This document shows positions 58,035-64,000 of a DNA stretch of 64,000 nucleotides, one piece after another. Made by a program: the position numbers and the translations under genes. The notes below the pieces were generated by a model, which was not told the DNA's origin, made no database searches, and saw nothing but the letters and a program-made list of their open reading frames with translations. The stretch is taken from the IMG/VR virus record IMGVR_UViG_3300032315_000675, positions 13,404-77,403 of that record. One strand, 5' to 3'. The stretch is from a virus. The number at the start of each line of letters is the position of its first letter. The first letter of the stretch is position 1.

Positions 58035-58130
58035 CTATTTTGAAGAACACAGCAGCTTCACCTTACTCCCTGTTAGGGCTGGGAAACGGACATCTTGCGA
58101 TGCTGCCATATACTGTGTTCATCAAAATAG
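58035..58130 (-). ncRNA. stem-bounded small RNA A
   Basis: CTATTTTGATGAACACAG...CTGTGTTCTTCAAAATAG terminal stem; internal GCAA tetraloop hairpin. Confidence 0.6.
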
Positions 58131-58155
58131 TCTAATATTATTTAGTCTATTTATA

Positions 58156-59045
58156 ACCCACCCTGAGATTACGGGCTTGTAGCGAGTGTCTTTGGTCATT
58201 ACCGAATCCCTTGCGAGGACCGTTCTACCGTTATCCACTAACGCCTTTTACGGTCAGTTAGTAACACTCAATGCTGCCTTTTTGAGAGTCTGGCGTTTGA
58301 CTCGTCGCATATGTCTACTCGACCATCTATCCTTCGCCTGCCTTGCGAGCAGTTCGATTCCGCTAAGAACCTACGCTTTCTTTCCGATCAATCAGTTCCG
58401 CCTTGCGAGCATCCCTGAACCACATTCCCTTGCGAGTGTGGTATTAAGCACCTTTAAACATATACCGGAGCAGTCTTTCGCTTTTGTGAGACAAACTAGG
58501 AGTTGAACCTAGATCGACAGTATCTAAAACTGTTGCATTACCATTATGCAATTTGCGAACCTACGAAGATGTGCTGCTCCAGTTGCTCCATATCTTGTTA
58601 GATACAGAATACAACACACCTAGTATCTTTCTCCTTGCGGGATACTCAATCATACTTCACGACTCCGGTCATCCCTTCATCGCTTGTATTGCTATCTTGC
58701 CTTTCCTTGCAAGGTCAGACTCAATAACTACCTGTTAGTATTCAGCATTCATCAGTTTGGCTAGTTGAAGTTCGGGCGCCAACCCTCTTAGAACTCACCG
58801 ACTGGCTCTGTTCCTATCCTTTCGGACTTCAACTCTGATTTACTGCCTACCGCCTTTCTACAGACGGGAGTTGCTTTCGCTTAAGCGAGTCAACTCTAAC
58901 TCAGGCTTGCATAGATGGACCATTGCTGGCGCAAGTTTATAGGAAACCTTGCTTTGACAGAGATTACTCCCTGCTACCCTAGTGAGGCTATGCCCCCAAT
59001 TCTTGTACTCATTAGAAGAATGTAGTGCCTTGCCGCAACAACACA
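58156..59045 (-). ncRNA. large ornate ncRNA, GOLLD-like
   Basis: ~890 nt without a credible ORF; many C-GCAA-G and GAAA tetraloop hairpins; GGAGCAG/CTGCTCC long-range pairing; embedded tRNA fold; lies within a tRNA cluster. Confidence 0.7.
58490..58556 (-). tRNA. tRNA-like domain inside the large RNA (TAG at anticodon position, no CCA)
   Basis: D arm GCAT/ATGC, anticodon arm ACAGT-TTTAGAT-ACTGT, T arm CTAGG-TTCAACT-CCTAG; 5-bp acceptor stem. Confidence 0.65.
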
Positions 59046-59047
59046 AT

Positions 59048-59119
59048 TGAATACGGTGCCTCGGAATCGAACCGTCCCACCGGACTATCGCCCAGCTGCT
59101 CACCCTAGCTTCACCGCAC
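59048..59119 (-). ncRNA. degenerate tRNA-like element
   Basis: GTGCGGTG/CACCGTAT acceptor-like stem, GGTTCGATTCC T-loop, non-canonical anticodon loop, ends TTCA. Confidence 0.5.
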
Positions 59120-59151
59120 ACTACACTCATCTAATGAGTATATCATTAACA

Positions 59152-59222
59152 ATTTCAAAGAACGTCAAGCCGATCTCTCGACTTGATTTACGTAATATAC
59201 TTATTCTTGACCTCAATGTCAA
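59152..59222 (-). promoter_or_regulatory. sigma70 promoter followed by boxB-like hairpin and boxA-like antitermination site
   Basis: TTGACA-17-TATATT; TCAAGTCGA-GAGA-TCGGCTTGA; CGTTCTTTGAAA. Confidence 0.7.
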
Positions 59223-59253
59223 GAACTTTTTTGCCTATTATTTAAAAAAATAC

Positions 59254-59517
59254 AGAAGGAAAAAAGTAAGTGATAGACTGTGCAATCTGCATCGGTGTCT
59301 CATACGAGAACAACCTGTCAAACAACTTACAAGCGACAACGTGCAAAAACTAACTTATACTCAAACCACAATATGCAACAAAACAGGTTTGACTCATGCT
59401 AGTATGGAGCGTTTCAAGCGCCTGATCAATGTTTCATAAAAAGTGAAACGTAAGTGCCTACTCTCGTCTCTCTTTTCCTTCCGGGTAGTTTACCCCTACT
59501 AGAGGGGCCGACCTACC
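59254..59517 (-). ncRNA. putative structured RNA with 7-nt periodic UUG loop
   Basis: GGAAGGAAAA/TTTTCCTTCT terminal pairing; AACCTGT/ACAGGTT stem closing TTGNNNN heptads. Confidence 0.6.
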
Positions 59518-59521
59518 AAAC

Positions 59522-59941
59522 TCATCGATAATCGTGATCTAACTTAACGTCGGTTAGACCGGCAATCATCTGAAACTGTTCCCATGCATTTTTAGCAGCA
59601 GGGTTACGCTCTAGCTCAGAGTCAGTAAGAACTGTCTCCAACCAAATCTCCGGACGACGATAAGGGAGAGCCCCGAACTTGCGTGGTTGATGCAACTTGC
59701 CTTTATTGTAGAGATCCAGTGTTACATCACGGAATTTCTGTTCATCTTCATCCGTGTAGCCATACCATTCTACATGGCTAAACCCGCCGCCGTATGTATA
59801 CCCTTGCCAGATTGACTTCCATTGCCCATCATTAGTAGGATCAAAGTCCGTGCGGGCGATCAACACCAATACATCATCGATGTTGACCTTACCCTCAACG
59901 ATATCCTTAACACAGCGACTGTAGCTAAGACCGATCTTCAT
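59522..59941 (-). CDS. hypothetical protein
   Basis: IGLSYSRCVKDI...GKLHQPR; AAGGA SD. Confidence 0.75.
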   Translation of the reverse strand: MKIGLSYSRCVKDIVEGKVNIDDVLVLIARTDFDPTNDGQWKSIWQGYTYGGGFSHVEWYGYTDEDEQKFRDVTLDLYNKGKLHQPRKFGALPYRRPEIWLETVLTDSELERNPAAKNAWEQFQMIAGLTDVKLDHDYR

Positions 59942-59950
59942 CTTTGATCC

Positions 59951-60523
59951 TTAGAGAATGTTCTCGTTGGTGAGCGTAGCAACAGTTGCATCTGAAAACT
60001 CAATTTCAGTGCGGACGTTCAACTCGAGGAGTTCATCCTGCAGCTTCTGCTTCTGCTTCTTAGCAGCAGAAACGATGCCCTTGAAACCTTCAACTTCAGC
60101 TTCAGTGAAGATAGAGGTCTCAACCGTCTCGCCGCGGAAAGAATAAGCATCTTCCTTGCGGTTACGGATCTTCTCTAGCTTGCCAGCAATCACAGCAGAG
60201 TCGGCGATGACAGAAGCCTTTGCATACGTGCTGTAGAACTGAAGGTCTTTTTCAAGACGAGCAACATCAGCAAGACGACGGTCGATGCCTGTGCGTAGCG
60301 AATTGGCGTTTGCTGACGCAACAGCCTTACGAATCTCGTAAAGGGCATCAAGCAAAGCAACACGCCGAGCAAGGTTGCGGCTGAACTTGCTGGACGCAGC
60401 AAGAATTTCCTTGTCAGCGTCTTGGAACTCGTTAATGCTAGCAGAAGCATTGAATTCAAGGCCCTTGACAGTTTCGTTGATCGCTACTTGAATAGCGTTG
60501 GCCTTGCGTAGATTGATCTTCAT
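59951..60523 (-). CDS. alpha-helical coiled-coil protein
   Basis: MKINLRKANAIQ...IRKAVASAN...KQKLQDELLELNVRTEI; GAAGGA SD. Confidence 0.75.
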   Translation of the reverse strand: MKINLRKANAIQVAINETVKGLEFNASASINEFQDADKEILAASSKFSRNLARRVALLDALYEIRKAVASANANSLRTGIDRRLADVARLEKDLQFYSTYAKASVIADSAVIAGKLEKIRNRKEDAYSFRGETVETSIFTEAEVEGFKGIVSAAKKQKQKLQDELLELNVRTEIEFSDATVATLTNENIL

Positions 60524-60594
60524 GTGTGTTTCCTTCTTATTTACTGACTATAGTATAACCGATCACTGTTGTACAGTGTTTTGGGTATTAAAAA

Positions 60595-60671
60595 TGGCGA
60601 CTCGTACGGGACTCGAACCCGTGATCTCCAGCGTGACAGGCTGGCGTCTTGACCAACTCGACTAACGAGCC
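60595..60671 (-). tRNA. tRNA-Asp(GTC)
   Basis: cloverleaf; loop CTGTCAC; GCCA end. Confidence 0.95.
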
Positions 60672-60679
60672 ATTAAGTT

Positions 60680-60756
60680 TGGTAACGGAGGAAGGACTTG
60701 AACCTTCGACATCCAGAATATGAGTCTGGCGCTCTGACCAACTGAGCTACCCCGTC
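60680..60756 (-). tRNA. tRNA-Met(CAT), probably elongator
   Basis: cloverleaf; loop CTCATAT; ACCA end. Confidence 0.88.
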
Positions 60757-60757
60757 A

Positions 60758-61156
60758 TTAAGTAAACGTCTTTAGTGCTTTCAAATCTTCACCGATGTTA
60801 TCTTCTGCAATCGGACCAAGTCCCAAGCACGTGATAGTCGGTTCATTGAATACAGTGAAACCTGCATCAGTCACTAGTGAAGTGCCACATACATTCTTGT
60901 ATGCTTCTTGCAATGCCTTCAACTCGTCAACGGTATCTACGATAAGAGTGATCTTGTACGCATGATCGCTATTTTGATAGCGTTCGGCATCACTAGGTTC
61001 GTCGTTAGAAAATCCGTGTTGTCCAGGAAACCGTTCTACAGAATCCCAAAATGCGTGTAGATAAGCATGACCTGCCTGCGCACACATTTTGCCACGGATA
61101 CCGTTCATCTTCTGAACGCTCTCCTTAGCAAAGATACAGTACATCCTATGTTTCAT
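60758..61156 (-). CDS. peptidyl-tRNA hydrolase type 2
   Basis: GKMCAQAGHA, KITL, VTDAGFT, TCLGLGP. Confidence 0.88.
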   Translation of the reverse strand: MKHRMYCIFAKESVQKMNGIRGKMCAQAGHAYLHAFWDSVERFPGQHGFSNDEPSDAERYQNSDHAYKITLIVDTVDELKALQEAYKNVCGTSLVTDAGFTVFNEPTITCLGLGPIAEDNIGEDLKALKTFT

Positions 61157-61314
61157 TTATTTTTCTTTCGATTGCCGTAATGCTTTTTCCACGCTTCGTC
61201 CGTATATCCCGGGCCATACATGCTAAGAAGCTGTATACGTTCGTCAGCGTCTAACTTAACCCATTCTTCATGAGTATAACGCTTGCCCGACTTCGCTAAT
61301 GTCATTGCTGGCAT
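61153..61314 (-). CDS. hypothetical protein
   Basis: AAGGAG SD before ATG 61314; ATGA overlap with PTH2. Confidence 0.6.
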   Translation of the reverse strand: MPAMTLAKSGKRYTHEEWVKLDADERIQLLSMYGPGYTDEAWKKHYGNRKKNK

Positions 61315-61338
61315 GATGCTCTCCTTATATTGCTTCGT

Positions 61339-61500
61339 TTGCCGATGGGTAGACATCACATCTACTAAGAGTAATTACTTCCATATGTCTAGGAGCGACC
61401 TAGCTTCATCGGCAACTCAAAAATTTGTGACACTCGGCAGCTACCTGCCTATTTTACAACGCACCGCACCTAAATGCATCAACCCGGGCGCCCGGGATTG
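61339..61500 (-). ncRNA. putative structured RNA
   Basis: TTGCCGATG/CATCGGCAA closing stem with two internal hairpins, plus upstream GC hairpins. Confidence 0.45.
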
Positions 61501-61503
61501 TAT

Positions 61504-61589
61504 TGGAGGACGTAGTGAGGTTCGAACTCACAAGGCATTTCTGCGGCAGATTAAGAGTCTGCTGGACCAACCAATTGTCCAATACGTCC
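61504..61589 (-). tRNA. tRNA-Lys(CTT) with long variable arm
   Basis: GCAGA-CTCTTAA-TCTGC; 14-nt variable region with GCA-GAAA-TGC hairpin; TCCA end. Confidence 0.85.
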
Positions 61590-61762
61590 TAAAACTTTGT
61601 ATCTACGCTATGTGTTTCAATAGAATAGTTGTTGTCGTCGAAAAAGTCTTCGTTATCATCTAGGTTCTTGCGATGCTTTTCAGCTTCAGCAAGATTGTCA
61701 TACACCGCAATAATTCTGGATAAACCATGTATCTCGCGGTTGATAAGGATATAGACTTTCAT
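61589..61762 (-). CDS. hypothetical protein
   Basis: MKVYIL...IIAVYDNLAEAEK...YSIET. Confidence 0.65.
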   Translation of the reverse strand: MKVYILINREIHGLSRIIAVYDNLAEAEKHRKNLDDNEDFFDDNNYSIETHSVDTKF

Positions 61763-61788
61763 ATCAGTTCTTTCGTTAGTTGAACCTG

Positions 61789-62154
61789 TCAATTAGCAAG
61801 TAGTTCTTTCTTGAAAGATACGTCTTCTGAATAGTACCCGTTCGAAGAACCGAAGAACCGAACAGTCACAAATCCCTTGAAGGTTGCGAAGTTGTAGAAC
61901 GTCCACGTATAGCTTTCTTCGTCTTTCATTTCCGGACCATCAACGCTCGTATCTTCTCTGGAGACTAGCATAGGCCAACCCTCCAAATCTGCCAAGTCAC
62001 CGCATATGTCTTCAACGTAAACGTTTTCGCAACAATCCTGAGCGTGATAGAGCGTATAACGCACCTCATCATTTTCAAACGTCACCGTCTCGTTATCAGA
62101 CCAAACCTTAGAGAAAGTCTGACCGAGCATTTCATCAACTTTTGGCCATTCCAT
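61789..62154 (-). CDS. hypothetical protein
   Basis: YHAQDCCENV.VEDICGDL, TWTFY, GSSNGYYSE; AAGGAG SD. Confidence 0.8.
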   Translation of the reverse strand: MEWPKVDEMLGQTFSKVWSDNETVTFENDEVRYTLYHAQDCCENVYVEDICGDLADLEGWPMLVSREDTSVDGPEMKDEESYTWTFYNFATFKGFVTVRFFGSSNGYYSEDVSFKKELLAN

Positions 62155-62175
62155 TGCCTTCTCCTTTCTAGAATT

Positions 62176-62251
62176 TGGTAGGCGAAGCCGGACTCGAACC
62201 GACAACTATTCTGTTATGAGCAGAAGGTTCCACCAATTGAACTATTCGCCT
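62176..62251 (-). tRNA. tRNA(CAT), probably Ile2 (lysidine type)
   Basis: AGGCGAA/TTCGCCT acceptor; loop CTCATAA; Ile2 assignment is inferred from it being the third CAT tRNA. Confidence 0.8.
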
Positions 62252-62732
62252 TTAATTTTTTTATTGCCCACGCATCACGAAGTTTTTGTTTATGTTCTTC
62301 AGATTTGGGTTTACCTTTATTAGCTAGACCGCCTTTTCTTCCGTTACCTACAAGGTCCAATTTAGGTCTAGCAGCTAGATTGCCCTTTTTACCGTTCTCG
62401 GATAATTGTTCTTTTGTCAATTTTTTCAGTGATGCTTCATTACCCTTACGTGCATTCTCTTTAGTAAATCCACCTACTCCACCTAATCGCATGTTATAGT
62501 TTTCACGTGAGGTAAAATCTTCTGTTAATTTCTTCTCATATGCATATGCTTCATCTTTAGATTCGGTAACAAAAATAATCTCTTTGATAAAATTTTCTCT
62601 ACCGTATTCTTTAATAGCAGATTTGATCGCACGACCTGAACCCATATATGAATCATTTGGGTTCATTGTCATATGAACGCCGATATAGTATTTGTCATTT
62701 GTTTTGTTAGTAATTTTGTAAACAGTATACAT
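62214..62732 (-). CDS. GIY-YIG homing endonuclease (Seg-like) with NUMOD3-like tail
   Basis: TVYKITN...YYIGVH, YMGSG, YGRENF, YN...GG.GG, KSEEHKQKLR. Confidence 0.9.
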   Translation of the reverse strand: MYTVYKITNKTNDKYYIGVHMTMNPNDSYMGSGRAIKSAIKEYGRENFIKEIIFVTESKDEAYAYEKKLTEDFTSRENYNMRLGGVGGFTKENARKGNEASLKKLTKEQLSENGKKGNLAARPKLDLVGNGRKGGLANKGKPKSEEHKQKLRDAWAIKKLKANSSIGGTFCS

Positions 62733-62766
62733 ATAATTCTCCTTATATGTATTTATACAAAACTTA

Positions 62767-62797
62767 CGAACGGCTCTAACCATTGAGCTATCAGCGC
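62767..62797 (-). pseudogene. orphan 5' half of a tRNA
   Basis: GCGCTGA-TA-GCTC-AATGGTTA-GAGC-CGTTCG, then interrupted by the endonuclease promoter. Confidence 0.75.
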
Positions 62798-62805
62798 ATT
62801 AGTTT

Positions 62806-62887
62806 TGGAGCACCGGGTAGGAATCGAACCTACTCTACTTACGAAGCGGATTTGCAGTCCACCGCATTCCCAATCTGCCACCGGTGC
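62806..62887 (-). tRNA. tRNA-Cys(GCA) with enlarged variable region
   Basis: GTGGA-CTGCAAA-TCCGC; 12-nt variable region; U73; CCA. Confidence 0.88.
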
Positions 62888-62901
62888 ATTATAACATGAT
62901 G

Positions 62902-63021
62902 TTAAGCCCTGATGCAATCACCGTGATTGCCGAGAGGAGTCATAACAACATAAAGTTTACCATCGATATCGAAACCGCGATAAATCAGGCCCTTGATAGT
63001 AACCAAACGATGCTTGTTCAT
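62902..63021 (-). CDS. small hypothetical protein
   Basis: promoter cassette and GGAG SD upstream. Confidence 0.5.
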   Translation of the reverse strand: MNKHRLVTIKGLIYRGFDIDGKLYVVMTPLGNHGDCIRA

Positions 63022-63087
63022 GTCTTTGTAACTCCGTTTTCTCAGCTTATAATTTAATATAGACTCTTTATGAGAATAAAGCAACTG

Positions 63088-63594
63088 TTATTTTGAGACA
63101 ACAGCATTGCCATAGACCTTAGCATTGCTAAAGACCTCAGCATCGCCATAGAACTTAGCATCGCCATAGACCTTAGCATTGCCAAAGACCTTAGCATCGT
63201 CAAAGACCTTAGCATCGTCAAAGACCCGAGCATTTTCATAGACCCGAGCATTGTCATAGACAATAGCATTGTCATAGACCCGAGCATTGTCATAGACCCG
63301 AGCATCGCCATAGACTTTAGCATTGCCAAAGACAATAGCATTGCCACAGACCCAAGCATCACCGTGGACCTCAGCATCGCCGTAGACCCAAGCATTGTCA
63401 TAGACCCGAGCATTTCCATATACCCTAGCGTTACCAGAGACCCAAGCATTCCCTTGAAGATTCTCGTATTTCTCGATAAAGCCGCCAAGATCACCAGCCT
63501 TCACTCCGTGTTGGGGCATATCGACCAGCGCCTTAATACGATAGAGAGTCCTATCGGCGTGTTGAATGGTCTCATTAGTCAGTTCGTAGTTCAT
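63088..63594 (-). CDS. hexapeptide-repeat beta-helix protein (paralog of 11411-11971)
   Basis: MNYELTNETI...LYRIKAL...GDLGGFIE plus NAxVxG repeats. Confidence 0.88.
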   Translation of the reverse strand: MNYELTNETIQHADRTLYRIKALVDMPQHGVKAGDLGGFIEKYENLQGNAWVSGNARVYGNARVYDNAWVYGDAEVHGDAWVCGNAIVFGNAKVYGDARVYDNARVYDNAIVYDNARVYENARVFDDAKVFDDAKVFGNAKVYGDAKFYGDAEVFSNAKVYGNAVVSK

Positions 63595-63671
63595 AATCAA
63601 TTCCTATTTCTTAGCTTATAGTTCACTGTAGCAAAACGGATAACCAATGTCAACTGTTATTTTTAAAATCT

Positions 63672-63761
63672 TGGCGGAGAGTGAGGGATTCGAACCCTCG
63701 GTACAGTTGCCCGTACAACACCTTAGCAGGGTGCCGCTTTCGACCGCTCAGCCAACTCTCC
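63672..63761 (-). tRNA. tRNA-Ser(GCT)
   Basis: class II cloverleaf; loop CTGCTAA; GCCA end. Confidence 0.95.
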
Positions 63762-63766
63762 ATACT

Positions 63767-64000
63767 CTAGATATCTAGATGCTTCTTAGCATTCTCGATA
63801 TATGCGATAATTCGCTCTTTCCCTATTGGGTTCTTAGAATGAACCACATACTTCGGGAACTTTCGCTTATTATCTTCACAAAAGTCTACTAGCCATTTAG
63901 CAGCATCATATCCCGTTTTTTCAGGACCATAGTCTGCTGGAAGACCTTGCGCTTCTGCTATCATAGCCTCATAGTGCTGATCACCTAGATCGTGATCAAA
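63767..64000 (-). CDS. cyclic-phosphate-processing receiver-domain protein, C-terminal part
   Basis: FDHDLG...TGYDAAKWL...VHSKNPIG. Confidence 0.8.
   Translation of the reverse strand, partial: FDHDLGDQHYEAMIAEAQGLPADYGPEKTGYDAAKWLVDFCEDNKRKFPKYVVHSKNPIGKERIIAYIENAKKHLDI

Noticed and set aside
57897-58134. Mini-CRISPR array
   Set aside because: The arms are inverted pairs around unequal 60-100 nt interiors, not direct repeats with uniform spacers.
58186-59439. ORFs 58186-58506, 58553-58738, 58858-59130 and 59047-59439
   Set aside because: No SD or recognisable motifs; they overlap strongly structured RNA, mostly antisense to local transcription.
61339-61415. Hammerhead ribozyme (CCGATGA resembles CUGAUGA)
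   Set aside because: The motif is sequestered in the closing stem, and no correctly placed GAAA/UH core is present.
62176-62797. Group I intron in a tRNA
   Set aside because: No room for an intron core, and the upstream half does not pair with the downstream acceptor strand.
1-64000. Stop-codon reassignment
   Set aside because: Conserved genes are uninterrupted in code 11 and end in TAA, TAG or TGA; no suppressor anticodon was found.

Overview
A 64 kb segment of a large, probably T4-like or jumbo, tailed dsDNA phage using standard code 11. The host is probably an alphaproteobacterium, inferred from the TTGAC-N17-(GC)TANATT early promoters and a GC-richer block resembling temperate-phage early genes. 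From left to right: (1) a nucleotide/DNA-modification cluster with partial QueD, a PRTase, an HhH glycosylase, QueE, a GT-B glycosyltransferase, an NDP-sugar epimerase and a GP88-like protein; (2) repair and replication genes (DenV-like glycosylase, RNase H-type 5' nuclease, ATP-dependent ligase); (3) a proteostasis set (ClpX, Hsp20, ClpS, ClpP); (4) a variable early region built from repeated promoter/stem-loop cassettes and a mosaic joined by seven shared 20-46 bp linkers; (5) dCMP deaminase, two lysins, IF-1, SOD and probable capsid-packaged polyproteins; (6) two long fibre proteins, five small adhesin-like proteins with a shared N-terminal peptide, and a papain-like protease; (7) after a strand switch near 50.8 kb, an RNA-rich minus-strand region. 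That region holds 9 tRNAs (several atypical), a ~900 nt GOLLD-like RNA with an embedded tRNA-like fold behind an rrn-style boxB/boxA leader, twin stem-bounded small RNAs, a structured RNA with a 7-nt-periodic UUG loop downstream of a coiled-coil gene, PTH2, and a GIY-YIG endonuclease next to a truncated tRNA. All calls come from motif recognition by eye; no database searches were run.
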